DNA of 64,000 nt from positions 478 to 64,477 of the forward strand of contig DASXAG010000089.1 of the NCBI GenBank assembly GCA_036406835.1, read 5' to 3'. The notes under the pieces were generated by a model. The model ran no database searches. It was given only the letters and a program-made list of their open reading frames with translations, and was not told the origin of the DNA. Below, piece after piece: positions 1 through 9,584 of the stretch. Source of the stretch: Thermoanaerobaculia bacterium (GTDB lineage Bacteria; Acidobacteriota; Thermoanaerobaculia; UBA5066; Gp7-AA6). The stretch's first letter is position 1. Every line of letters starts with the position of its first letter. Both the position numbers and the translations under genes were made by a program.

Positions 1-1348
1 GGAGGTACGCGTTGATGTCCGTGTGCTCCTTCCAGTAGGCCGCGGTCGCGTGATCGATCGCGCCCGTCGCGGGATCGAAGACGGGCTGAAAGTAGCCGTC
101 CTTCCCGAGGGGTCCGTACACCGCCTGCCAGCAGTCCCAGTCCTCGCCGGAGCGGCCGTGGTTGCCCATCACGCGCTCGTACTTGAGCTGCTGCTTCATC
201 GTCGAGAGGACGAACCCGTCCGGGGAGCGCTCGCCCGGGATCGGCGTGGCGAGCCAGCCGTTCTTGTCCTGCTTCTCCCACGCGTTGTCCCAGTCGTAGA
301 CGTTGACCATCTCGAAGTAGTGGAAGTCCACCGGATCCGGGCAGTAGGTGAACGTGCCGCCGAAGTAGTCGGGGTAGAAGACCTGGAGGGCCAGGGACTC
401 CCAGCCGCCCGTCGATCCGCCCGAGAGGATGCGCGCCCAGGGCTTGGGGATCGCGCGGAAGTGTTTCTCGATGTACGGGATCAGCTCTTCGGTGATCGCG
501 CGGCCGTAGGGCCCCATGTTGGGTGTGTCGATCGCATACGAGTCGTCGTAGTACGGCGTCGGATGCTGGAACGTCACGAACAGCATGCGCGGGAAGTGGT
601 CCGACTTCCACGCGTTGACGAACTCGTTGCGCTGCCGCGCCCGCTCCTTCTGGCGCTCCGTCGCGTCGCCCTGGGGCTCGACGGTCTCGCCGAAGCCGCC
701 CGGCGCGGACAGCGTGAAGTGACCCTGCTCGTAGTTGACGGGATAGGACGTCGTCGTGCGGTCGTAGTCCCGCGGAAGCAGGATCGTCGCGCCGATCAGG
801 ATCGGCCGGCCCCAGAACTTCGAGAGGAGCGGGCTCTCGAAGCGGATGCGCTTGACGTACTCGGTGTCGGGCGGCATCGCGATCGGGGGGATGACGCGAT
901 CGAGCGTGAGGCGCACCGTTCCGCCGGTGCGGGGGTCGAGGGTCATCCGCCTGGGCTCGCTGTAGAGATTGCCGGGCGACCTGGGGAAGTCCTGTCCCTC
1001 CCACTGGTCCATGTGGAGCTTCACGACGCTCCCGTCCGCGCGGTGAAACGTGGTGTACAGGTTGAGGACCGCCTGCACGGAGTACTCGCCCGGCGGGATG
1101 TCGGAGATGTGGTCGAGCGGGTAGCCCTCGCTCGTCGCGTCGATGACGGCGGCCTGTCCCGGCGCGTAGCCCGTGACGTCCGCGCCGAAGAACGGGACCG
1201 AGCGGTACTGGCCGCCGGTCTTTCCGAACTGGAACCGGGGCTCCGTCTTGGCGTCACGCGTGATGACCACGAAGACGCGGCCGTCGACCGGTTCCTTGTG
1301 GACCGAGGCGGGATACGTGATTTCGAAGCGCAGCGGCTCCGCGGTCAT
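1..1348 (-). CDS. Putative esterase, 5'-partial at window edge (serine-esterase-like GGSTGGWESL motif); start ATG complement at 1346-1348
   Basis: Manual translation of the minus strand from the ATG at 1348 gives a stop-free ~449-codon reading frame to the window edge: MTAEPLRFEITYPASVHKEP...LSGGSTGGWESLALQVFYPDYFGG.... The G-x-S-x-G nucleophile elbow is typical of putative-esterase (enterochelin-esterase-like) families. This gene is not in the ORF track. Confidence 0.5.
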   Translation of the reverse strand, partial: MTAEPLRFEITYPASVHKEPVDGRVFVVITRDAKTEPRFQFGKTGGQYRSVPFFGADVTGYAPGQAAVIDATSEGYPLDHISDIPPGEYSVQAVLNLYTTFHRADGSVVKLHMDQWEGQDFPRSPGNLYSEPRRMTLDPRTGGTVRLTLDRVIPPIAMPPDTEYVKRIRFESPLLSKFWGRPILIGATILLPRDYDRTTTSYPVNYEQGHFTLSAPGGFGETVEPQGDATERQKERARQRNEFVNAWKSDHFPRMLFVTFQHPTPYYDDSYAIDTPNMGPYGRAITEELIPYIEKHFRAIPKPWARILSGGSTGGWESLALQVFYPDYFGGTFTYCPDPVDFHYFEMVNVYDWDNAWEKQDKNGWLATPIPGERSPDGFVLSTMKQQLKYERVMGNHGRSGEDWDCWQAVYGPLGKDGYFQPVFDPATGAIDHATAAYWKEHTDINAYL

Positions 1349-1423
1349 GGAAGCCGTATAAAATATGGTAATAATCCAGAAAACCCTAATAATATTAGAC
1401 AGTCTCACTCATCCACCTCATCA

Positions 1424-2356
1424 TTACTTCCTCAAGCCCGCCGCCAGAACGGTGTTTTCGAGCAGTTTCGCCACGGTCAGGGGCCCGACGCCGCCGGGGA
1501 CCGGCGAGATCCAGCGCGCGACGGCGGCCGCGTCGTCGAAGTCCACGTCTCCCACGATCGCGCGGCCCTTCTCCCGGAGGATCCCGCGGATCCGCTCGGA
1601 GGCGCGCAGGTTCGCGGGCGCGGATTCGAGCGAATCGATCCGGTTGATGCCGACGTCGACCACGGCCGCGCCCTCGCGGACGAACTCGCGGGTCACGAAT
1701 CCGGGCCGTCCGATCGCGGCGACGAGGATGTCCGCCTCGCGGCAGAGCGCCGGGAGGTTCCGGGTCTTCGAGTGGCAGATCGTGACGGTCGCGTCCCGCG
1801 CCGTCAGCAGCGCCGCGACCGGCTTGCCCACGATGTCGCTGCGCCCGAGGACGACCGCGCGCGCTCCCGCGATCGGAACCGCGTTCGCCTCGAGGAGCGC
1901 CACGATCCCCGCCGGAGTGCACGGCACGAAGCGGGGACGGCCCTGCTGGAGCAGCCCGACGTTCTCGGGGTGGAACCCGTCGACGTCCTTGAGCGGATCG
2001 ATGGCGTCGAGAACGCGCGCGGGGTCGTGCGCCTTCGGAAGCGGGAGTTGCACCAGGATTCCGTCGACCGACGCGTCGGCGTTGGCGCGCCGGACCTCCG
2101 CGAGGAGCGCCCCCGGCGCGAGGTCTCCCGGCAGCCGCAGGGTCTCGGCGCCGATCCCCGCCTCCCGCGCGGCCTTCGCCTTCGACGCGACGTAGGCCTC
2201 CGAGGCGGGGTTCTCGCCGACGAGGAGCACGCGGAGGAACGGGGGAGCGGCGCCCCGCGCCGCGATCGCCGCGGCCGCCGCGCGCGCCCGCTCACGCAGC
2301 GTCTTCGCGAGGGCGGCGCCGTCGAGCAGCGTGGCGCGCGTCTGGGTCTCGGGCAT
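1424..2356 (-). CDS. folD: Bifunctional methylenetetrahydrofolate dehydrogenase / methenyl-THF cyclohydrolase FolD
   Basis: The C-terminal 310 aa of ORF 1424..3934(-) read MPETQTRATLLDGAALAKTL...VASKAKAAREAGI...DGILVQLPLP...DVDGFHP.NVG...TPAGI...GRSDIVGKPVA.LL...ATVTICHSKT, matching FolD along its whole length. The ATG is at 2354-2356. Confidence 0.9.
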   Translation of the reverse strand: MPETQTRATLLDGAALAKTLRERARAAAAAIAARGAAPPFLRVLLVGENPASEAYVASKAKAAREAGIGAETLRLPGDLAPGALLAEVRRANADASVDGILVQLPLPKAHDPARVLDAIDPLKDVDGFHPENVGLLQQGRPRFVPCTPAGIVALLEANAVPIAGARAVVLGRSDIVGKPVAALLTARDATVTICHSKTRNLPALCREADILVAAIGRPGFVTREFVREGAAVVDVGINRIDSLESAPANLRASERIRGILREKGRAIVGDVDFDDAAAVARWISPVPGGVGPLTVAKLLENTVLAAGLRK

Positions 2357-2403
2357 TTTCGCGAGGATATCGAATCCCGCGGCGCGCCCCGAAGCGGCGG
2401 CCG

Positions 2404-3903
2404 CTACTTCGCCGTCGCGAGGCAGTACGGCTCGAGCCGCAGCTGCCCCTCCCAGGTGCGGTACGCCCAGAGCATCTGGACGATCGGGCCCTCGCGTCCG
2501 ATCGTGCGGAGCGTGGGCTCGATGTGCAGCCAGGGGGCGCTGCGACAGGCGCCCCGCGATCCGTAGAGCCGGGTCGCGTTGCCGTCCGACAGCACCCACG
2601 TGCGCATCTCGTCGTCGAGCCCGTAGTGGACCTGGAGCTTGGCCCACGGCACCGTGTACCCCTGGTTGGGAAGCACGATCAGGGTGATGCCCTGCGAGGC
2701 CTTCACGTCCGGGAGGATGCGCTGCGCGATCTCGTCGAAGAGTCCCTGCACGCGCCGCACCTGGAAGGCGGCCGTGATCGCCGTGAAGCCCGCGAGAAAC
2801 ACGAGCATCGCGCCCGGGAGGAATCGCCAGCGCGGCCGCGAGACGCGCTCGAGCGCGTAGGCCGTCGCCGCGACCGCGAACGGGGCGATCGGCAGGCGGA
2901 AGCGCGAGTGGAAGTCGCCCTGATCGGGAATCCGGCTCGCGAGCGCGATCATGCCGACGCCGACGGCGACGGCCGCGAGGAGCGCCACGAACTCGCGCGT
3001 GCGCGGGGGCGGGACGTCCCGCGGCTCGCGGCGGTAGGCCCAGGCGACCGCGACGGCGAAGGCGAGGCCGAGCGCCGCCGCGAGGATCGAGGACAGCGAG
3101 GCGATGTCGAGCTTCATCGCCCCGGCCGCGGATCCGTACAGGCCGGCGAGCGTGTACCAGAGTCCCGAGAGGAAGCGCGCCGGCACGTGCGTGAGGCGGC
3201 CGGCGAGACGGGCGACCTGCACGCCGGGCGCCGTGTCCGGGCGCGCGTTCAGGTCGGCGATCGCGCGGAAGCCGATGAGGCCGATGGCCCCGCCCACCGC
3301 GAGCGAGGCGGCCGCCCGGAAGCGCGCGAGGACGACGAGGAAGACGAACGCGGGCACCATCACGGCGATCGAGTACTCCGACACGAGGGCGCCCGCCGCG
3401 ACCAGCGCGGCCGCGAGCGCCATCCGGCCGGGCCCGAGATCGCGGTCCCTCTCGGGGCGAAGCGTCAGCAGGAGCGCCTCGAAGGCCATGATCGTCGGCA
3501 GCATCGCGGGGAACACGAAGGTGAGGGTCGTGTGCTGCATCTCCACGACCAGGGGGGCGAGAACGAGGAGCGCGCAGATGCCCGGGAGGACCCGGTTCTC
3601 GGGCAGGAGCCGCCGGACCAGACGCGCGGTCTGCCACGCGAAAACGGCCCAGAAGACGGCCGCGGTCGCGATCCAGAGCAGGCGCCGCTCGCCGAAGAGG
3701 CCGTACGCCGCGTGGATCAGCTGCGCGTTGATCGGTCGATCGCGGTTGGTCGGGATGAGGGCGCCCGCGCCCGCCTCCCGGGCCGTCGTGAGGAGCTCGC
3801 CGTCGTCCATGACCGGGAATCCCGAGACCGCGCCCCAGGCGTTCACGAGCAGGAGGACGCCTGCGGCTAGCGCCAGAAGGGTGTCCGATCGCCTCGTTCG
3901 CAC
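2404..3903 (-). CDS. Polytopic membrane protein with C-terminal soluble domain; GT-C-fold-like; paralog of 34437..36038
   Basis: 499-aa ORF with about 10 hydrophobic helices. It shares blocks with the downstream paralog: GFPVMDDGELL / GFPVADDGYL, AWQT.RL.RRL.PE, LAPL.VE.Q.TTLT and C-terminal EPYC. Codon usage matches the neighbouring genes. Confidence 0.7.
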   Translation of the reverse strand: MRTRRSDTLLALAAGVLLLVNAWGAVSGFPVMDDGELLTTAREAGAGALIPTNRDRPINAQLIHAAYGLFGERRLLWIATAAVFWAVFAWQTARLVRRLLPENRVLPGICALLVLAPLVVEMQHTTLTFVFPAMLPTIMAFEALLLTLRPERDRDLGPGRMALAAALVAAGALVSEYSIAVMVPAFVFLVVLARFRAAASLAVGGAIGLIGFRAIADLNARPDTAPGVQVARLAGRLTHVPARFLSGLWYTLAGLYGSAAGAMKLDIASLSSILAAALGLAFAVAVAWAYRREPRDVPPPRTREFVALLAAVAVGVGMIALASRIPDQGDFHSRFRLPIAPFAVAATAYALERVSRPRWRFLPGAMLVFLAGFTAITAAFQVRRVQGLFDEIAQRILPDVKASQGITLIVLPNQGYTVPWAKLQVHYGLDDEMRTWVLSDGNATRLYGSRGACRSAPWLHIEPTLRTIGREGPIVQMLWAYRTWEGQLRLEPYCLATAK

Positions 3904-4145
3904 GCGCTCGTTTCCGGCGGAAGACTACCATCACCCATGCAGCCGTTCGTTTCCCGGCGGCCGAGGAACCCGCGACGGCTCAGCGATATCCGGCGCATTA
4001 CGCGGGGCGCCGAGCGGGCAGGCGCGGGCCGTGAATGCGGCTGTTCCGTGGTAAATTTGTAGGTTCTCGAAGCAACCGGGCGGGAAGGCCGCACGCGGAG
4101 GAAAATCCCTATGGGTCGGTCGGTCAGTGGAGTCGGGTTACGCCG

Positions 4146-5084
4146 ATGAGGGCTCGCCCCTGGGCGCTGGCGATCGGCATGATCGCGGGGGTTTTCTCGA
4201 GCGCGGGCGCCCGGGCCGCCGCGTCAGACGACTTCAATCAGGAGCGTCTGCGGGAAGGCCGTATGGCGTTCCAGCAGAAGAGGTTCGAGGAGGCGATCAA
4301 CCAGTTCCGGGTGGCCGCGTTCGGCGCGCTGGACGAGCCTGCGGTCCTGACGGAGTGCCTGGTGCGCCTGGCCGTGTCCCAGTCGGCCGCGGGCAAGACC
4401 GCCGAGACCGACGACACCCTGAACCGATTTCTCGAGGTCGAGCGCCGCTTCGGCGGACTCGCCAAGGCCAACCTCGAGCCCGAGGTCCGGACCGATTTCC
4501 TGGCGCTCCTGAAGAAGAGGATGCCCGCGGCGGCCGCGAGCATCCCCTCGCTCGCGGGCGGCTCCACGGCCGCGACCCAATCCGCCCAGTCCGCGCCGAG
4601 GGCGGCGCAGCCTCCGCCTCCCGCGCCCGCTCCGAAGCCCGGGAGCTCGCCGGCGAGCGCCCCGCCGCGGGCCGCGCCCGCGCCGACCAAGGCGCCGGCG
4701 CCCGCCGAGGCGTCCGGGCCCACGCCCGCCGAACGGAGCCGGCAGGCCCTCGCGGACAGCCGCCGCCTGATCAATTCGAGCCGGGCCGGCGAGGCCGAGC
4801 GCGTGCTCTCGCAGGCGCTCACGTCGGATCCGGGGAATCGCGACTTGCACCTCTCGCTCCTCGAGGCGTCGTGCCTCAACCGGTCCTACGCGACGTCGAT
4901 CGCGCAGCTGCCCGCCGTGACGCCGTTCGGCGAAGGCGAGAGCGTGTCGATGTTCTACGCGGCGGTGGCGCTCTACGAGGTCGGCCGGCTGAACGAGGCG
5001 CGCGACATGATGCGGCGCGCCGATTCGCGCGTGTCGGGGGCTCTCGTGGAAGAGTACGCGAAGAAGATCATGGGACAGCCGTGA
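4146..5084 (+). CDS. Secreted Pro/Ala-rich protein with helical repeat ends, TPR-like; first gene of the export module
   Basis: Internal ATG at 4146 with GGAG upstream. Signal peptide MRARPWALAIGMIAGVFSSAGARAAA. A low-complexity PAPAPKPGSSPASAPP linker separates helical N- and C-terminal regions. Its stop overlaps the next gene. Confidence 0.55.
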   Translation: MRARPWALAIGMIAGVFSSAGARAAASDDFNQERLREGRMAFQQKRFEEAINQFRVAAFGALDEPAVLTECLVRLAVSQSAAGKTAETDDTLNRFLEVERRFGGLAKANLEPEVRTDFLALLKKRMPAAAASIPSLAGGSTAATQSAQSAPRAAQPPPPAPAPKPGSSPASAPPRAAPAPTKAPAPAEASGPTPAERSRQALADSRRLINSSRAGEAERVLSQALTSDPGNRDLHLSLLEASCLNRSYATSIAQLPAVTPFGEGESVSMFYAAVALYEVGRLNEARDMMRRADSRVSGALVEEYAKKIMGQP

Positions 5085-6346
5085 AGCGCACCGTCGTTCT
5101 CGTCCTCGCCGCGGCGTTCACCGCGGGCGCCGTTCGCGCGCAGATCGTCTCGGACGACGTGCCGCAGGTACGCACGATTCCGGCGAAGGAGCAGGTCGAG
5201 GCGGACATGCAGAGCGCGAAGTTCCACCTGGGACCCGTGCGCTTCATTCCGACGATCGCCGTGAGGGACGCCGGCTACGACAACAACGTGTTCGGCACGG
5301 TGGAGAACCAGGTCAGCGACTGGTCGTTCAGCGTCCGCGGCGGCGTCCGCGTCATCGTCCCCTTCGGGTCGAAGATCTACCTGCGCGGCTCCGCGTTGCC
5401 GGAGTACACCTGGTACGACAAGCTCGAGGAGCGCCGCGGCTGGGGAGGCCTGTACGAGGCCGCCCTGCTCGGGTTCTTCAACCGCATGACGACGCAGCTC
5501 AGGGCGTACGACCAGGAGCAGTTCCAGCTCTACAGCAGCGAAATCCCGACGAAGGTGTTCACCCACACGCAGGACGCCTCGGCCAGCTTCGAGATCGAGA
5601 TCCTCAAGCGCCTCGCGCTGTTCGCCAAGGTCGAGGGGATGCGCTCGCGCTACTCGACCGACGGGCAGCTTCCGACCGATCCCGTCAACCTCAACAACCG
5701 CACCGACACCTCGGTCCGCGGCGGCCCGCGCTACTACTTCTCGCCGGATTGGAGCATCTCCGCCGCCGTCGAGCAGACCTGGGGCGACTTCGTGAACGAC
5801 CCGCAGACCCGCGACAACCAGAGCCGCGCCTACCTGCTGGGGGTCCAGTACGTCCGCCCGCGGCTGTATTTCAGCCTCTCGGGCGGATACCGGACGGGAG
5901 ACCCGCGCGACAACTCCACGTTCCCGTCGTACTCGACCGGAACGGGCTCGTTCTTTGCTTCCTTCTACGCCGCTCGCTGGTTCGAGGTCCAGGCCTACGG
6001 CCACCGGAACGTTCAGTACAGCTTGACGTCGGAGAATCCGTATTACTTCGAGAACCGCATCGGTGGCGCGATCAACCTGGAAGTGCTGGGCCGGGTCCTC
6101 CTTCGGGGCTACGGAGAGACGGGGCCCAACCAGTACCCCGTCGGGCAGGTCAACGACGGCGTGGTCACGCACCGGCGCGACCAGGTCACGACGTTCGGCG
6201 GAGGCGCGTCGATGATCGTCGTCAACCCGGTCGTCCTGACGGCGCTGGTGACGCGCAACGAGTACAACTCCAACTTTCCGGGAGGCGACCGGACGATCAC
6301 GCGGTTCACGATCAACATCTCCTTCTCGGGGGAATTCGTACGATGA
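5081..6346 (+). CDS. Outer-membrane beta-barrel protein of unknown family, co-transcribed with wza/wzc
   Basis: A GTG start overlaps the upstream stop (GTGA). Signal peptide VKRTVVLVLAAAFTAGAVRAQ. The mature region (~400 aa) has alternating aromatic/hydrophilic beta-strand patterns (YYFSPDWSISAAVEQTWGDF, YLLGVQYVRPRLYFSLSGGY). Its stop overlaps the wza ATG (ATGA). Confidence 0.6.
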   Translation: MKRTVVLVLAAAFTAGAVRAQIVSDDVPQVRTIPAKEQVEADMQSAKFHLGPVRFIPTIAVRDAGYDNNVFGTVENQVSDWSFSVRGGVRVIVPFGSKIYLRGSALPEYTWYDKLEERRGWGGLYEAALLGFFNRMTTQLRAYDQEQFQLYSSEIPTKVFTHTQDASASFEIEILKRLALFAKVEGMRSRYSTDGQLPTDPVNLNNRTDTSVRGGPRYYFSPDWSISAAVEQTWGDFVNDPQTRDNQSRAYLLGVQYVRPRLYFSLSGGYRTGDPRDNSTFPSYSTGTGSFFASFYAARWFEVQAYGHRNVQYSLTSENPYYFENRIGGAINLEVLGRVLLRGYGETGPNQYPVGQVNDGVVTHRRDQVTTFGGGASMIVVNPVVLTALVTRNEYNSNFPGGDRTITRFTINISFSGEFVR

Positions 6347-7176
6347 AACGGACGGCGAGTCTCGCGGCGCTGGCCCTGATCCTGAGCGTCGGCTTCGCCC
6401 TCGCGCAGGACCCGGCCGGCGACTACCGCGTCGGTCCCAAGGACCTGCTCGAGATCAAGGTGCTCGAGCTCCCCGAGCTGAACGTCGAGCGCCGCGTCTC
6501 CGACAGCGGCTCCATCGAGGTTCCCCTCGTGGGGACCATGCCCGTGGCGGGCCTGACGGCGGCCGAGGTCAAGGCCCGGCTCGAATCCACGGTCACCGAG
6601 AAATACGTCAACCGCGCGAACGTTTCGGTCGTCGTGAAGGAGTTCGCGAACAAGCCCGTCTCGGTCCTGGGCGCGGTCCTCAAGCCGGGGACCCTGAGCA
6701 TCTCGGGGAGGTGGACGCTCATGAACGCGATCACGGCGGCGGGCGGCCTGACCGAGCGCGCGGGGCGCAAGATCTACGTCCTCCGCCGGGCGGACAACGG
6801 CCTCTCGGACACGCTCGAGATCGACACGGCCGACCTCTTCCAGTCCGCGACGCCCTACTGGAACATTCCGATACAGCCGGCCGACGTCATCAACGTCCGC
6901 GCGCGCTCGACGGTCGCGGTCTATTGCCTGGGTGAGGTGAAGACGCCCGGCGCCCTCCAGTTCGACAGCGAGGACCGGCTGACGCTCCTCTCCGTCATCT
7001 CGAAGGCGGGCGGGCTGACGGACCGCGCGTCCAAGACCATCCGGGTCAAGCGGAAGGGAAAGGACGGCAAAGACACGGAGACGGTCTACGAGTTTGGGCG
7101 CATCATGTCCGGGAAGGATTCCGACCCCGTCATCCTGCCCGATGACGTCGTCGTCGTGAAGGAGTCGTTCTTCTGA
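6343..7176 (+). CDS. wza: Polysaccharide export protein, Wza/OPX family (Poly_export + SLBB)
   Basis: 277 aa with signal peptide MKRTASLAALALILSVGFALAQ. Motifs YRVGPKDLLEIKV, SIEVPLVG...AGLTAAEVK and VSVLGAVLKPG are typical of OPX proteins. ATGA overlap with the beta-barrel gene and TGATG overlap with wzc. Confidence 0.85.
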   Translation: MKRTASLAALALILSVGFALAQDPAGDYRVGPKDLLEIKVLELPELNVERRVSDSGSIEVPLVGTMPVAGLTAAEVKARLESTVTEKYVNRANVSVVVKEFANKPVSVLGAVLKPGTLSISGRWTLMNAITAAGGLTERAGRKIYVLRRADNGLSDTLEIDTADLFQSATPYWNIPIQPADVINVRARSTVAVYCLGEVKTPGALQFDSEDRLTLLSVISKAGGLTDRASKTIRVKRKGKDGKDTETVYEFGRIMSGKDSDPVILPDDVVVVKESFF

Positions 7177-9419
7177 TGCCCGAGACACCGCGTTCGTTCG
7201 AGGATTTTTCGGAGGAGCTGCGCGAGCCGGAGGTTCACCTCTCGGACTACTGGGCCATCGTCCTCAAGCACCGGAGGATGATCCTGGCCTGCGTCATCGT
7301 CGCGCTCGTCGCCGGGGTGGTCGTCACCGTCCTCTCCAAGCCGATGTACCGCGCGACCGTCGTGCTCGACATCGTGCGGCAGACCAACAACCCGCTGGGC
7401 CTGAGCGTGTCGATGCCGAACGCGGCGGGGGACGGCGAGGCGGAGTTCCTTCCGAGCCAGATCGAGCTGCTCGAGAGCCGCGACGTCGCCGAGCGCGTCG
7501 TGAAGAAGCTGAACCTGCTGGGGGACCCGGCCTTCAATCCGCCGGACCCGGCCATGTTCGCGGGACGCAAGGCCACGCCCCGGCGGCCTGCGACGGACGA
7601 GGAGGTCGCGTCGGCGGCGCTGACCGTCAAGGGAAACGCCCAGGCGACGATCGTCCGCGGCACGAGCCTCGTCGAGGTCTCCTACAAGGCGCCGACCCCG
7701 AAGCTCGCGGCGCGCGTCGCCAACGGCATCGCGGACGCGTACATCGAGTGGAACATCGAGTCGCGCTTCCGGCAGATCGGGCAGTCGGCGGAGTTCCTCG
7801 CCACCCAGATCGAGCAGGCGAAGCGCGAGATCGAGCAGAAGGAGAAGTCGCTCCTGTCGTTCGCGCGGCGTAACGACATCATCACGGACCCGAAGGCGAA
7901 CGTCTCGCACAGCCTCGAGTCGGTCGGCCAGGACTACAACACGGCCGTCGCGGAGCGGGTCGCCAAGGAGGCTCGCTACCAGGAGCTGCAGAACACGCCG
8001 GCCGAGACGATCGCCGAGTCCTCGGTCGGAGGCATCCTCGGCACGCTCCGGGCCGAGCAGGCGCGGCTCGAGCGCGACTACGCCGACAAGCTCGGCACGT
8101 ACAAGCCCGAGTTCCCCGCGATGGTGTCGCTCAAGAAGCAGATCGACGACGGGCGCGCGCACATCGTGTCCGCGATCCAGGAGACGGCCACCAAGCAGCG
8201 CGAGGCGGCGCGCAGCGAGTACCTCACGGCGCTGAGGCGGGAGACCAGCCTCAAGGAGATGATGCGCGCCCAGCAGACCGAGGCCCTCAACCAGGGCAAC
8301 TCGGAGTACAGCAACCTCCGGGTCGAGATCGACACGAAGCGAGCGCTGCTCGACAGCCTGCTCAAGCAGCAGGGGGAGACCGAGGTGCTCTCGCGTCTCC
8401 GGGAGACGCAGCTCATCAACATCCGCGTCGTGGACCAGGCGCTCCCGCCGGGAAGGCCGTTCCGGCCGTCGGCGACGAAGAACCTCGCGGTCGCCCTCGT
8501 GCTGGGACTCGGCGGCGGTCTCGCGTTCGCGTTCCTGCTCTCCTACCTGGATCGGAGCCTGCGCACGACCGACCAGGTCGAGACGTACCTGCAGCTGCCG
8601 AATCTCGGCGCGATCCCGCTCGTCGGCGGCACGAAGACCTACGCGTTCCGGAGGGACAAGTCGGCGTCGAGTCCCGCGGGCCCCGCGGCGCCGACCGTCG
8701 ACCTGCTGCCGCACGTCGCCCCGCGATCCGCGATCGCGGAGGCGTACCGCGCGTTCCGCACCGCGCTCCTCTTCTCGCGCGCCGGGGGCGTGCGCATCGT
8801 CGCGATCACGTCGGTCATTCCCGAGGAGGGCAAGTCGTCGACGGCGGTGAACCTCGCCGTGGTGCTCGCCCAGCTCGGCCGGCGCGTGCTGCTCGTGGAC
8901 GCGGACCTGCATCGCGGACGCCTGCACCACGTGCTGGACGTCTCCAACCGGCTGGGCCTCGTCTCGATCCTCGCCGAGGGCATGGAGCCGTCGCGTGTGA
9001 TCGCGAAGACCTCGGTGCCCGGCGTCTTCCTCGTCCCGGCCGGCCCGGAGACGCCGAATCCTTCCGGGCTCCTGTCCTCGGACGACATGCGCCGCTTCCT
9101 GGACCTCGCGGCGTCGAACTTCGACCACGTCGTCGTCGACACGCCGCCGGTTCTCGCGACCTCCGACGTGCTCGTCTTCGGGCAGCACACGGACGGCGTC
9201 GTGATCTGCGTGCGCGCCGGCCGTACCCCGCGGGAGCAGGTGCGGAGCGTCCGCGACAAGCTCCTCCGCGGCGGCGTCTCGATCCTGGGAGTCCTGCTGA
9301 GCGGGCTGGAGCTCGACTCGGACTATTACGGGGGCTACGAGTATCGCCACCTGAATTACGGCGAGCGGGCCGCGGCGGCGGACCCGGCCCAGAAGGTGGA
9401 GGCGGGCGGAACGAGCTGA
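7176..9419 (+). CDS. wzc: Polysaccharide co-polymerase / tyrosine autokinase, Wzc/GumC/EpsG-like (fused PCP-2a)
   Basis: 747 aa. An N-terminal TM helix is followed by a long coiled-coil periplasmic domain and a second TM. A Walker A-like P-loop (EEGKSSTAVNLAVVLA), the DxD motif (LLVDADLHRG) and a C-terminal Tyr-rich tail (DSDYYGGYEYRHLNYGE) are present. Confidence 0.85.
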   Translation: MPETPRSFEDFSEELREPEVHLSDYWAIVLKHRRMILACVIVALVAGVVVTVLSKPMYRATVVLDIVRQTNNPLGLSVSMPNAAGDGEAEFLPSQIELLESRDVAERVVKKLNLLGDPAFNPPDPAMFAGRKATPRRPATDEEVASAALTVKGNAQATIVRGTSLVEVSYKAPTPKLAARVANGIADAYIEWNIESRFRQIGQSAEFLATQIEQAKREIEQKEKSLLSFARRNDIITDPKANVSHSLESVGQDYNTAVAERVAKEARYQELQNTPAETIAESSVGGILGTLRAEQARLERDYADKLGTYKPEFPAMVSLKKQIDDGRAHIVSAIQETATKQREAARSEYLTALRRETSLKEMMRAQQTEALNQGNSEYSNLRVEIDTKRALLDSLLKQQGETEVLSRLRETQLINIRVVDQALPPGRPFRPSATKNLAVALVLGLGGGLAFAFLLSYLDRSLRTTDQVETYLQLPNLGAIPLVGGTKTYAFRRDKSASSPAGPAAPTVDLLPHVAPRSAIAEAYRAFRTALLFSRAGGVRIVAITSVIPEEGKSSTAVNLAVVLAQLGRRVLLVDADLHRGRLHHVLDVSNRLGLVSILAEGMEPSRVIAKTSVPGVFLVPAGPETPNPSGLLSSDDMRRFLDLAASNFDHVVVDTPPVLATSDVLVFGQHTDGVVICVRAGRTPREQVRSVRDKLLRGGVSILGVLLSGLELDSDYYGGYEYRHLNYGERAAAADPAQKVEAGGTS

Positions 9420-9435
9420 GCGGCGCCTTCGAAAA

Positions 9436-9458
9436 ACCTGTCCTCAGGGACGGTTTTT
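9436..9458 (+). terminator. Candidate intrinsic terminator downstream of wzc
   Basis: gaaaaaCCTGTCCtcagGGACGGtttttgc has a 6-7 bp stem with a 4-nt loop, flanked by an A-tract and a T5 run. It sits 17 nt after the wzc stop. Confidence 0.4.
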
Positions 9459-9584
9459 GCAACTGTCCCGATGGTCGGGTCGCCGAGAATCGGACAATGG
9501 TCCCTGTGGTATCATCGCCGCTCACACAAAGAACGGTTTGCCTCTCCCGATAAGGGTCCAGGCGAACGAAGGAGACCCGGGGCA

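Noticed and set aside
23-2566. 847-aa plus-strand ORF spanning the esterase and folD region
   Set aside because: The translation is Arg/Ala/Gly/Asp-rich low-complexity sequence, typical of an out-of-frame read of high-GC DNA. The opposite strand carries recognisable FolD and an esterase-like protein.
5749-6342. Upstream part of the ORF containing wza (5749..7176)
   Set aside because: It overlaps the well-supported beta-barrel gene in another frame and has an Arg/Pro-rich translation. wza begins at the ATG at 6343 with a signal peptide.
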